A stretch of 64,000 nucleotides of DNA from Camelus dromedarius (taxonomy: Eukaryota): contig NC_087437.1 in assembly GCF_036321535.1 (NCBI RefSeq), positions 65,660,001-65,724,000 of the forward strand, given 5' to 3'. Below are positions 1 to 12,043 of the stretch, one piece after another. The number at the start of each line of letters is the position of its first letter. Within the stretch, counting starts at the first letter, position 1. The notes beneath the pieces are model-generated. The model was not told the DNA's origin and did not search any database. It saw only the letters and a program-made list of their open reading frames with translations. Made by a program: the position numbers and the translations under genes.

Positions 1-114
1 TCATTCCACCAAGAACAAGGTGATTTTAAAACTTTAACAATAATATAAACATACATTTCATTGCCTTTTCCAACTTCTACACTGCCTTCACCTAATTTGT
101 CTTATTGATCTTCC

Positions 115-280
115 CAACAACCCTCTTAGGTAAGAAGAAATACTTATTACCATACTACAGATGAGAAAATCAAGTCTCAAGGCAGATAAATGGCTTGCCG
201 AAGACTATAGGGCTAGAAAGTGGTCGAGCATTAAATAAATATAAATTTTCTGATTCTTAGGCCAGTGTTTTTCCTACCAT
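115..280 (-). mobile_element. MIR SINE
   Basis: MIR core in reverse: tacagatgagaaaatcaagtctc...tggcttgccgaag. Confidence 0.7.
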
Positions 281-1887
281 AGTTTTGAAGTAGTACATAT
301 TTAACTTCTGCCACTTTGCATGACTTTTTTGTCTGAATAAATAGAAAGGAGATTATATACCCCATTTTCCTCTGTTGCATTCACCCATTTCCCCTGAAAT
401 GTTTTACTTAATGCCTTCTCTACCAGCTTTATAAACTCAACAGACCCATGCCATTCTGTTTCAGAAATTTATCTTTTCTATATCAATTTTACCTCTACTA
501 AAACTCTCCTGCATCACTATGACATTCATGAACTGAGAGAATTTGGAAATCTTTTCAGAGTCTTGGAATGGTAATACTAATACGTCAAAGATTACAGAAT
601 TAGGGCATAATTCCCCTGCTGAGCAGTTCAAATTTGACCTCCAGGACACATTTGCCTCATGACCACTATTAAGCTCCTCCCTAATTTGACAAAATATCTA
701 TTATTTCAAAGTGAGGACAAAATTGTATATACCTTTGTATACAAAATTGTATTGTATATAGACTTCACAGGGTAGATTAGAATCAAATTTGTATATCTAA
801 CCTAATTCTAAATAAACTTGCTTTTATGTAAACTAATATATAATATTTTAATAATTATAGATTTAATGTTTTTATAACCCTACTGGGAACAGAAACTAAG
901 GCAAAAATTGAAACTTTCCCTTTATACATAATTTGTTTACTATAAAAAGAATTTTAATTTCAAAAAATTTGTGTTGAAATATTAAAAATTAAACAATTTC
1001 TATAATTTTAAAAATTTACTATTTCTTCTCATGTATTAAAATACAATTATAAAACAATATCTGCATCATATGAACGACTTGTTAACTTTTTCATTGCACA
1101 TGACATTCCTAGACTACCCCCCAAAAAAGGACAATAAAAATTATAAATCACTTTGTGTCAGAAAATAGAACAGTATCTCTCTATATTAACATAATGCTTG
1201 TTTGGTAAATTCTCATCTCCCCCCATCAGAATATCTATTTTAAGTTATTTATTAGAAGTTCAACACTACAGTATAATTACCTAAAATGTTTCCTCACTAA
1301 ACCAGAATATAGGCTGTTTTTGAGTTCTTACAAGTGTTACAAGTTCTTAACTATTAAGCCCATTTGGCATTTGTTTGTTTGTTTATTAAGAATTTAAGAA
1401 TCCAGGGGTATTTTTATTCAGAATTTTAAACAATATCATTAGGTCTTTAAAAATGAATATATTTACCTAGCTATTACCTACTTAATTCTAGCAACATCTT
1501 AATACCTTTAATCATTTTATACTGAATAATGAAATAAAATTAATTTCTCTGAATGACAGTACAGGATTAACCAGAATGATGATTTTCTCCTTCCATTTAC
1601 TACTCATACATAAATATTACAATAAAAAGTCCACAATTGGGCCTTAATATTATCTTGAAGATTCTACTTTTTATGTTTGCTTATTCCCCTCTAAACTCTC
1701 ATTGTTTTTTAAGTTGATGCTGACGTTGATGCCTAGAATAGCTCTATTAATTCAAACTGACCTACTCACAGAATTCTCTGCACCAGATTGATACTGGCAT
1801 CTCAACAATTTCCAGAACCTAATGTGTGTATTTCCTCACAGCAGCAAAATAAAGAAATAATAAGTTTTAAGCCAATTCGAAACTTAC

Positions 1888-2076
1888 CTTACAAATCTGG
1901 AAATAGTCTGAAGTCAAGGTTTCCTGAATCTCCTCTCTGAGAACCCCTGCAGTCCCTCCTGGATGCACGGAACCACTTCCAGCCCCACTACCACTGTTAC
2001 TGCCACTGCTGCTACCACTGCCAGGGGAGGAGGCAGTTAAGCCATCCAAAACTTTCCGAAAATTAAACTTCTTCAT
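1888..2076 (-). CDS. STXBP5L: First coding exon of syntaxin-binding protein 5-like (tomosyn-2), codons 1-63; gene continues off the left edge
   Basis: Translates to MKKFNFRKVLDGLTASSPGSGSSSGSNSGSGAGSGSVHPGGTAGVLREEIQETLTSDYFQICK, which I recognise as the STXBP5L N-terminus. Acceptor ...ccctttcctttgaatttctcaacAG precedes 2084 (8 nt of 5' UTR, 2084-2077). Phase-0 donor AAG|GTAAGT follows 1888. Confidence 0.96.
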
Positions 2077-3188
2077 TTCAAAAACTGTTGAGAAATTCAA
2101 AGGAAAGGGTGACTTAAACACAGAGAATTGTACGAGGGCAAAAGTGTTTAGTTTTTCATCAGTCATGGCAGTAGCCAGTCCCCATTTTACGAGCATTGGC
2201 TTTAAATGATTTAAAAAAAAAAAAAGCCTTCAGTTTATCAAATTTTAATTCTAAAAAGCATATCCTTCAAAAATAAAAATTTAAAGACAACTCCGAGAGC
2301 AACAATATTTCCTCCTCATACATCAATTTTTTAAGGGCTTTATCCCCAGCTGTAGCTACGCTTTATCAACACCCCGGTAAAAATAAAAGGCAGTGTCATC
2401 ATCGTCATTAGCATTATATCATCGTTATTATACAATCAAACCAGGGGCCAAGAGACCAAGACTCTCTCTCTTAAAGGCGGGCTTTCCTCCTAAAGGCTGA
2501 GCTCACAGTATCTTATTTTCAGAAAAATGATGAGAAGTGGGGGGGAAAGCTGGTATTTACTCTGCCACCACCTTCTGGGCTCTCCCCCATCATCTTCAAC
2601 GCTCCCTTTTTCTCAGTAGGAAATGCAGGGAGGCCTTTTTCCATTCCCCACAAGGAACAGCCCGGACCCCAAAGCAACTGCGGGTGACCCAACGCAACAG
2701 CCGACGGGAAAGGCGAGCGGCGTCCCCGGCTGCCTTGGCTTCTCCCTCCTCCTCCCCTTCCTTCCCCGCGTCTCTGCCCCCGCCCTCCCCTCCCACCCAA
2801 ACCTCCCGCCCGGCTCTGCCTGCAGCTGCCAGCGCGCTCGCCCGCCGGTCCGCTCTCCCCGCAGCACGGCGGGGGACATGAGGCAGAGGTGGCGACGGTT
2901 GCGGCCGAGTCCCGCTTCAGCCTGCTGGGCGAGCAGAGCCGCCGCTCCGGCGGTCACTCGCCGGGCTAAGAGCCTAGACGAGGGGCTCTCGCCCTTGGGC
3001 GCGCGAACACACAAACACCCTCACACAGACATTCGCGCGCCCATCCGGAGGACACACAAAACACCCTCACGGAGACGTTCGCGCGCGAGCGCTCACGCGC
3101 ACAAACACACACAGGTGTGAGGGAGCCGCGGCTGGACGGCGGCGTCGGCGTCCCAGAGGGATGACTATCTGACTCTCGACTTAGGCAC

Positions 3189-3330
3189 CTTCCTCAGCCG
3201 CCACGAGCCGCCTGCCAGCCCGGAAAACAGAGGGTGCGGAAGGACGCGGGCTCGCAGGCGTCGGTCCCGCCCGGCTCCAGCCGCTTCTCCAGTCCCTCTG
3301 GTCGCGGCGCCCGGCGCTCTCCGAGGTCCT
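3189..3330 (-). other. STXBP5L: Candidate non-coding exon 1 (5' end uncertain)
   Basis: The coding exon has a splice acceptor, so an upstream exon must exist. The best GT donor I saw in the island is GAAG|GTGCCT (intron from 3188). An alternative is a GC-type site CCG|GCGAGT near 2961. Confidence 0.4.
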
Positions 3331-3464
3331 AACGGAGCAGGCAACCTCCACCGCAGGCTCCGCCCTCCCGCCGTGGGAGGCAAGCCCCGCCCCCGAGCCA
3401 CCCCCTCGCTCCGCGAAAGGAGCGGAGAGCTCTGGGACGTCAAAGGGCGGGAGTAGCCTCGGCT

Positions 3465-3678
3465 CCAATCCTAGGCTCCAAAAGGCCAAGTTCCGAGGTC
3501 GCGAGGCGAGGAAGAAATTTAGGGATAGGTCGAAGGAAGAGCCAATGAAAGGGGGAGGGGAAAATTTAGAAAGGTAGGTAAAGTCTTTGATTGACAGCGG
3601 TATTGGCCAGTATGCCGGGGGGCCGTGCTTTGGGGGCTGTAATTGGCGCTACCTGTTGAAGGACGCAAGTGTGAGTCA
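3465..3678. promoter_or_regulatory. NF-Y CCAAT cluster with PBX/PREP decamer and AP-1-like site
   Basis: CCAAT 3465-3469 and 3542-3546; ATTGG 3602-3606 and 3642-3646; TGATTGACAG 3588-3597; TGAGTCA 3672-3678. Confidence 0.6.
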
Positions 3679-4149
3679 ATAGAATGCCACGAAGCGTACG
3701 AACTTGGGCGCCTTGAGTCCGAGGCTGCAGGAAGGTTTTCTCTAGGTTTGACTCTGGCAATATTGTGAACTGGTCAAGTGTTTTGCAGTTTATCACCTCT
3801 GAGCCTCTCCCCGCTCACCAGGTGCATCCACGGGTTCCTCTCACTGCTGTGCTACTTGCATAATTGTTTAACGAGTCACTTCTGCCATACGGAATTGTAT
3901 TCCAATGAAGTTTTGGAATATATAACCTTACAGCTCCTAAGGAATGATTCGATCACCTTATTTTCTCTACCTAGACTTGCCCCTTCTCCCCATTTTCACA
4001 TATACAAAGATTTTTTTTTTTTGAGAAACATTTCTCTCACTTAGTAAACCGTGTCAAGAATATACTTTAAGCTTTTTCTGTGAGTCACAATAATCATTTT
4101 GAAAGATGCACTATTTTGTGCAGGATTGAAAAAAATAGCATCAGGATGG

Positions 4150-4510
4150 AAAGATGTCGTCCTCAGCCCTGACTTACTACTGAATTAGGGGAGTTTGGGG
4201 ACCTCGATTTCTTAATCTGTGAAAATGAGGGCAGCTCAGGTTCCTAGACTTCAATCTGGGCAATGCAAGACAGCTAGTTAGTAATCATCCCATATATTCT
4301 TACATTTAAGAGATCTTCTAGGATAACCTCTTCTTTTTCTTTCTTTTCTTTTTTTGGGGGGTACACGGAGGGGTGGGGAGGATGAGGGATAAAAAGGGAG
4401 ACCTGAAAGAAAAATGAGTTGCCCAAAGTCACATAGCACAGAAATGGCAGAGATGGAAAATAGAGCCCAGTTTTTTTGGATCCTCAGCTCAATGCTCATC
4501 TCTTTTCTTA
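4150..4510. mobile_element. MIR/MIR3 fragments in both orientations
   Basis: ctcgatttcttaatctgtgaaaatgagg (+) and gagttgcccaaagtcacatagc (-). Confidence 0.55.
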
Positions 4511-5899
4511 TTTTTTATTTTTTCAGTACTATTTTACTCCTTTGGAGACCTCCCAAAGACCCCCCAATTCTGCCTGGTAGTATCCCATTGCCACAGTTAG
4601 ACGGTTAACACCAGAGTCAGGCAAGGTATTGTAAATTTCTCCTATTTTATTCAGCACCTGACACAATATTTCTCATATAAGATGCGCTTAAAGTGTTTTG
4701 AACAGTTGGTTTTTAATAGTTACTAGTAAAAGATTTATGAATGGTACCCAATTATATCCGGTTTTGGAGGGGCAAACATAAGGGTGAAACAAAGGCCATG
4801 TCTGATGTAAATTAGATTTTTGTAGAGTTCCAAATATTATATTGGATTCCTAAAAAAATATATATCTGTTATTACTCTCTTTTTCCTTGCCCATTTCATC
4901 TCTAAGTTCCAACTGAAGCTAAAGAGTTTGCTTTTCTCTTTTTTATGTGTTGCTTTTCTTTTAAAAAGGGGGGAGGGGAATTGCTCTAACTCTGAGAACT
5001 AGGCATTGTTACCTAAAATAATGGATTCAGGTGCCCTCCATTCCTTCATCAGAAAGTCTATTGGCAACTTAATTTTCAAACAAAGGAAAGCAAGCCTATA
5101 GCAAGGGATGGTTTGGCCTTTTGATGAGAATATAAAAGAAAATATCCTGATTCAGCAAAGTGAGGTGTAGAGTTTGCAAGAAAACCCCTCAAACCATTTA
5201 TCACTAACAACTGTACTACTTTAGCAAGATAAATGATGGTTTTATTCTAAAAATTACGAGCGAACTGAGAATGCAACAGCACACAAAACATTGACAAAGA
5301 CTCTGCTTGAGGACCTGGAGGGAACTTACTGGCCTTCTTGGGTTAAAAAGAGGTGACAGAGTAGATATCCCTTCAGATAGGACAACAAATAGGAATGGGA
5401 AGTGGAAGAAAAATCAAGTCAGAATATATAAATGTTTCCAAACAAATATTAGAAGCCTAAAAAAATACTATTAGAATGCTGAGATTGTGGGCTCTTTGGG
5501 GCTATTTTAAATATCCTTCTTCCTCCACAGTGGATAGATAGCACAGTGCCTTATACATAGTAAGTGCCTATAGTAAGTATTAATTTGAATAATTATTTGA
5601 CAGCAAGTAAAAATCTTCACATAATTGTAGTCTCATAGAGGGAGAGACAGACACTATGAACAAAGCATATTATGATGCCAGTTTACAAACTGAGCAAAAG
5701 ATAGAAATGAGCAAGAGACAGGGTGCATTATGTATAAGAGGAGACAGCATAAACAGTTACAGCCTAAAAATCTTACTAGATGAGAGAAGCACAGTGAACT
5801 ATCTATGGAAGCAAATTCTATCCTTAATTAATTAAAGAGAAATAAGATGTTATTCTGTAAACCATCTGGTAAAGGGAATGAGACCAGATATGAAATATA

Positions 5900-6340
5900 C
5901 CTTATAAATAATGTAGAGAACTTTAGAATTGAGTCAGATGATAAAATTGTGGAGCCTTGTTCATTCCACTGCAAACTAGAATACCTCATGGAGAGGAGTT
6001 TCTAATAAGCCATGTGTCTTCCTAAAATGACAAGTTTGAAGAACTGCAAGAAAAACAGTCTAAACTTGGTCCTTGGAGCAAAATTATCATATCACTTAAA
6101 CAAATCTAATACATTAGAAGGATTTTTAGGATATACATTTAAAATATATTACAGCTCACTTTATGGGTTTGTGATCTCAGCTTCAAGCCAACAATGAAGT
6201 TAACAGATGCTGTTTTTCCACACCACAAAAATAATCAAATAATTAAAAAATATATACATGTGTGGCACTTCACACAGAGATTTACTAAACTGACCAGGCT
6301 TGGAGAATACTAAGCCAAATTGACAAAACACACATAAATG
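5900..6340 (+). mobile_element. Degraded CR1/L3-like LINE fragment
   Basis: Purine-rich decayed coding-like DNA with a CR1-like tract tgtggcacttcacacagagatttactaaactga. Confidence 0.35.
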
Positions 6341-6399
6341 GTCCATCATATATAAGGATAATAAGTTCTAAAAGTTATTTAGCACCTTTATATGAGACA

Positions 6400-6605
6400 A
6401 TAGAATATGAAATTTACAAACATCTCTTCATACTTGATCCTTACTATAACTCTATAAGATAGATATTATTCCCATTTTACAGGTGAGGAAACTTGAGATT
6501 CAAAAACATTTGAGAAATTCACCCAAGGTCATTTAGGTGGATAACCAACCCAGTCTTCAAATTCAAGGCTGTCTAACTTCTAAGATCATGTTCTTAATCA
6601 CTGCC
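6400..6605 (-). mobile_element. MIR SINE
   Basis: attattcccattttacaggtgaggaaacttgag...cccaaggtca. Confidence 0.75.
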
Positions 6606-6674
6606 CTGTTACTAATTAAAGAAACTGGAACAAGAAGAAGGTGGGGTCAATTACTTTGAAATAGTGGATATATG

Positions 6675-7080
6675 TGTAATAGTTTGCCAGGGCTACCATA
6701 ACAAAATACTACAGACTGGGTGGCTTAAACAAAAGAAACTAATTTTCTCTCAGTTCTGGATGCTAGAAGTCCAAGATGAAAGTGTCAACAGATTAGGTTT
6801 CTTCTGAGGACTCTCTTCTTGGCTTGTATATGACTTCCTTCTTACTGTATCCTCATATGGCCTTTCCTCTGCATATATGCATCCCTGGTGTCTCTGTGTG
6901 TCCAAATTTCCCTTTAAAAGCACACCAGTCAGACTTGATTAAGGCCCACCCTAGTGGCCTCATTTTAACTTAACCTTTTAAAGGCCTTATTTCCAATCAC
7001 AGTCACATTCTGAGGTAGTGGGGTTTAGGACTTCAACATATGACTTTGGGGGTGGAAGGGATACAATTCAGCCCATAATA
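6675..7080 (-). mobile_element. MaLR solo LTR (MLT1A/B-like)
   Basis: agggctaccataacaaaatactacagactgggtggcttaaac...ggatacaattcagcccataa. Confidence 0.85.
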
Positions 7081-7109
7081 ATATGACAATCAAATTCAAG
7101 GTTCTTTGA

Positions 7110-7330
7110 GGAGAGCATCTACTATGAGCTGGGATTTTGAAAACAATTTTACATTTAGTCTCTCATTTAATTCTCACAATAATAACATACGGTAGCTACT
7201 GATAACTCCATTTTACTGATGAGAAAACGGAACCAAAGAAGTGTTAAGTAGTATGCCCAAAATCATACACTTAGTCAGTTGTGAAATAGGAATTTGGATT
7301 CCTATAAATCATATCCTGAAGCTCTTTCCT
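7110..7330 (-). mobile_element. MIR SINE
   Basis: ctcatttaattctcacaataa...ccattttactgatgagaaaacggaa. Confidence 0.7.
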
Positions 7331-8429
7331 CATGCTGTTAGTTTTCTTTGGAGACATTAAGGAAATCCCATTATATAGATATTTGATATTAGAAAAGGAA
7401 ATTATTATAGAATATAAGTATTAGGGTAAAACAGACAGAACAGGAAAAAAAAGGAAAATATCTGCTAAGGAGTTTGGACACTAGACCTAAAAAGACATTT
7501 GAGAGTTGTGGAGAGTGGGAACTAACAGCAGAGAACATTTGGGATGGCAGGCTAATGGAAGATTCTTATTTCACAAGAAATCTCAGTATAATTTGAAATA
7601 TGTTAAGAGTCCCAGGGGAGTATCCCACCAAAATAGAAGATAATCAGTTATTCAATAACTAATTAGACATTGCCCAGAAAGGCTATAGTCTCAGGAATAT
7701 CATAACAGCTGGAAGGGAATTTTGGGTGGAGGGAGAGTGACGATGCAAGACCAGGCTGACATAAGGCCAGGCTGACAATTATTTACATCAGTGACAGTGA
7801 ACATTTCCAATCTGCTTACCCTGAGATACTGGCTTTTGGATTAAGCAACCTAATTTATCACCCATTTCTGACTCCTCCATCAAGTTATAGCACCATCCTT
7901 TGGTATTTACCAGTCTAGGAGTTAGAATTTCATTAAAAGAACACAGCTGAAAAACAGGTTCCACCTATAGCCTTTCTGGAAAGTATTTAAAAGGATTAAG
8001 AATTATCTTTCCTTCCGAAATCTTTATCTGACTTTTTTCTGACACTATTTTACATCCTTTAGGAGAAGTACTGATTGATAATTGTCAGCTTTCTGTCACA
8101 TGGCAGGAAATAGCAACAAGCATTAAAATCCCTTATTCAACATACTCTATGCCCACAAAGGAAGAAACCACAGGGTTAATTAAATCATGTTATAGCTCTC
8201 ATGGGTTTTAGATAAACAGGGAGGGGTCATTAGGATAGACCCAAAACATACAGAATATGGCTCAGTACACAATCAATGACAGAATTGCAAACAGAACTCA
8301 AGCTTTCTAGAACAAAACTCAAATATTTGCCATTAAACATGTAATTAAAATCAGCTCTTTGTACATCTTTAAAAATAGATTTTCACATATCCATTCATCA
8401 CATTGAGATGTGGTAAGAGAAAGGGATTT

Positions 8430-8790
8430 AGTGTTGGGATTTAGTGTTAGTACTTCTAGCTGAAATACTAGCAAGTCCTTTCAGCCTCTAAGCCTCAGTT
8501 CTTCCTTTATATTACCTGGCCTATTATAAGGGAGAAATTAGATTATGTATGCAAAAGTGATTTACAGAATTCAAACCACTATACAAATATATTGTTATTA
8601 TGTTCATTACTCTTTATCTTTAGTGAAATAGTTTATAGGAACTTACTTTAGAGTTGAATTTATTTTACCATTGTTATCAATAAAAAAGTCCCTTGTATCT
8701 ATAGGTTGACTATTGCTGAAATTGAAGGAGAGGAAGAGAATTTGGACTAGATGAACTTTGAGGTTCCTTCCAATCCAGAATTCTGTCTTT
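8430..8790 (+). mobile_element. MIR and MIR3 tail fragments
   Basis: cctctaagcctcagttcttc; ggactagatgaactttgaggttccttcc. Confidence 0.55.
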
Positions 8791-10879
8791 GTATTATTTA
8801 TTTAGTCAATGTGTATTGCCTTCTATTCCTAAATATTACAAAGCCTTGTTGAAAAGGGAATTAAATAGATATCTAGGTAGCTACTGGCCAACAGAGATGA
8901 ACTGTAGCCTACAGTAGGCATAAGCACAGGAATCCTAAAAAGTATCTGTCTACCAATTAGAGATACCTGGAGATCACAGCTTTTATTAATACTTCTATTT
9001 ATATGCCTGAATATCTGAATATCAAAGTAAGGAGTGCTTTTTATAGAAACTTTAGAAAATCTGGACATTTATTTGTAGTCCTTTCCAGGACATTTTTAAA
9101 CAAATTGGAATTGTCCAGTATATACCATTTTGATTCCTGTTTTTTTAACTAAACATTTTGTTGTGAAATAAACATTTTGTGTTCTGCACTTCATTAAATA
9201 TTCTTCAGAAATACCATTTTGAATGTCAATATATATTCAATCATATGTATATTTACACAATCTATTTAATCATTTCCATTTTTAAAAGGTTTCACCAATT
9301 TATACCCTCATTATGACCTTAGGTTTCTGTGGAGAACTCACGTGACAATGAATCTTTTTGTAAAGCAATATCCCATACCACCTACATTGACTTTTTCTGT
9401 TTAGATGTTGAAAAAACTCAGAGAGGGTTTTAAAATGATAAAAATTGGTAAGCATAATCAACTAAACAGAGCAGAAAACTATGACAAGATAAAACATATG
9501 ATTTCAGCAATGCTTGTAATTTCAGTTTAGAGGAAGAAAATATAAAAGTTTCCATAGACCTTTGAGGTTAGAAAGAAAGTCACTGACACGTTTGACTTTG
9601 GAATTTAAAAAGTAATAACACAAACCTCCATTCAATTATATCAACAAATTAAAATTATAATTTTGTCATATGCTATTGTTATTTGAGGGGAAAATGAGAA
9701 AATAAGCACAGGGAGAGCTTAAAGGATAAAGAAAGAAATATAGATGGACCTACAGAATGATAATTTCATAGGAAAACAACTAAATCTTAAAAGAATATTT
9801 AAGACTTAAAAATAGGTTGCGTTTTCACCACTGTAGACCAAATAGAGATGTGAACCCTTGGAATTTGTTCATACAAATTGAACAGGAGAGAAAGATTCAG
9901 ACCACAGACGATAAATGCTCTGACCCTGATGTAAATGATTAAAAACTACAAAGTGTTGACAGTCTTTCCTGGGTTTGAAATATGGAGACAATTGGAGACA
10001 AGTTTCTTTTATAACCACCCTCTCTTGTTTCCTAAAGCTTTGGTACACCATGACTCGTGATGCTTGGACCAGTTTAAATAGGAATATGCATTTGTTTTTG
10101 TGATAGCAGTCACAAAATTTAATAATGCCACTACTTAGTTAATTTTTATAATGGCTAATAAAATGTTAAGATAAGATTTTGTAAATGTCCACATTAGTTA
10201 TAAGCTCTGCTAAAATTGGCACACTACAGTTTTAGAGAATAGACAGGATGCCAGCATGACTTTGCTTTACCATAAACAAAAATTCCCAGAGAGAGTTATG
10301 AGAGTAGGAAAAGGATGAGTGACTTCTTGTCTGCCCAGCTGCAGACTCTAAGACCAGAGAAAACCCTTTAAGTGGGTCCTCTCTGGCCCTTCAGGATAAG
10401 CCCTCCCTTTCAATCAGCTCCTTGGCTAGCTTGGGCTTACAAAATGTTGTTCTCTTAACCTTTTGCAAAGCTGAAGAACTTTACAAGTATTTTTTCAGTA
10501 ATAGCCAGAATGATTTATGGCTTCTTCTAGCTCTCCTCAATGAGAAAAACAAATTTTATTTCTCTGTCTCACTGCTTCCTCCCCACTATTCCCACTCTTG
10601 TCTTCAGTCATAATCCCTTACTTAATGCAAGTATTACTTTGTTTTGCGTGGTCTTTCAAATGTGTCTGTGTCTAACTAATGTGCTTTAATTATGGAAACC
10701 AAATTTATTAAATTTTCTGGGACAGCATCTATTTAAAATATTCTATACCATTGTTCTATCAAACTATCAAAGCCACTTAAAAAACCTGCTAGCAACTCAA
10801 CAAATACCAGTTTTCCATGATGCCATTTTTAAATTTGAGTGGTAAAACCTGTGGAGGAGGATACACAATAATGTATTTT

Positions 10880-11100
10880 TAAGAGCAGGAACACTGATTT
10901 CAGACAGACCCGAGTCTGCTACTTATTCAGCATGTGACCTTGGACAGGTTACTTAACTTAGATTCTGTGTTTCAATTTTCTTATCTATAAAAGGAAGATA
11001 AAATTACCAACCTCATAGGATGGTTGTAAAGATTAAGTGAGAGAATTCATTTTAGCATTCATCACACTGCCTGGCACATAGGAAACCCTCTATGTTAGCT
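10880..11100 (+). mobile_element. MIR SINE
   Basis: tgtgaccttggacaggttacttaac...ttcttatctataaaag...tgcctggcacatag. Confidence 0.8.
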
Positions 11101-11399
11101 TTTTTTTTTCCCCTTTTCAATATTAGGTGTGTCTTACGAATACTGGTGATCATAAAAGAATTATAAGAGACCTTAACATGAAACCTACTTAAATGCTGTT
11201 TGATATGATTTGGACATTGGGAAGTAGGCAGCTGGGTATTTATAAGTTAATAATTAACTACAACTACAACTAGTCCTTTAGAAAGGAAATCTTTGTAGAA
11301 ATTATAAGCTTGGCTAAGTTCAGCTGGGGAGGTACAGAATGGAAAATCTTGGAAAATAGGCATATTATCTTTTTAATTAACACTGTGTTCTTAGGTGAC

Positions 11400-11900
11400 A
11401 TCTTAACAACAACTTGCTAGTGAAATACAATGAAGGAAAATATATCTATAGATCAAAGATGGTTGAATATGTTTAAAGATTTTCAACAAGGAAAACATTA
11501 TTCTTCCAAACAGAAAGAAAATGTTTAAACTCAGTCTCCCTTTATTCAAACTCTGGATGGAGAAGAGTTTTGCTATTATTGTTTACTTGCTTATTCTTTG
11601 ATGTTGTTCTGTTTTTTTTGTGTTTTTCCTCACTAATAACTTTTGGAAATTGTAATAACCATTGGCAGCCACTGATTACTGTAAAATCTTTCCCAATAAT
11701 CCACATGGAGTATTCAGAGACTTGGCAAGAAATTCTGGAAAAAAACTGGAAAGAATAAACAACTATTAAGCAAGCTGAGTTCTTTAAACAAGTGTGCAGG
11801 GAATAATGTGCTATCATTTCAACAGCAGATGATGAAAATGACAATGCAAATATTGTATTAACTAATACATGTCTTGGCTGAATTTTTAATTTTCTCTTTA
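11400..11900 (+). mobile_element. Probable hAT (Tip100-group) transposase relic
   Basis: Decayed frames read LDGEEFCYYCLL (11553-11588) and HMEYSETWQEILEK (11702-11743), resembling the TTF-type zinc finger of hAT-Tip100/ZMYM1-like transposases. Confidence 0.4.
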
Positions 11901-12043
11901 TGTAATTGTATACTTTTAAATGAAAGTTATTCATTACATGTATAATTAAATGTGATTTAAATTTTATACCACTATAAGACTTTGATGTAAATTTATTTAC
12001 AAATAAGAAAAAAATAAACCTTTTATAAGACTATGTGGCCTGA

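Larger units (their letters stand above)
2680..3720. promoter_or_regulatory. STXBP5L: CpG island / STXBP5L promoter and non-coding first exon region
   Basis: Sharp GC- and CpG-rich block in an AT-rich window, 0.6-1.6 kb upstream of the coding exon. GC box GGGCGG near 3446. Confidence 0.9.

Noticed and set aside
1867..2196. 109-aa ORF as a complete protein
   Set aside because: It reads through splice sites; only 1888-2076 matches STXBP5L.
2519..3489. Many overlapping 66-165 aa ORFs in the CpG island
   Set aside because: Low-complexity R/P/G/A-rich translations expected from stop-poor GC-rich DNA; no recognisable protein.
4650..4670. ttcagcacc as a REST/RE1 site
   Set aside because: Only the left half-site is present, with no properly spaced GGACAG half, in a context resembling an L2/MIR tail.
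5000..8200. Purine-rich coding-like tracts as exons of a lost gene
   Set aside because: Multiple stops in the frames I translated and partial resemblance to CR1/L3; no coherent protein.
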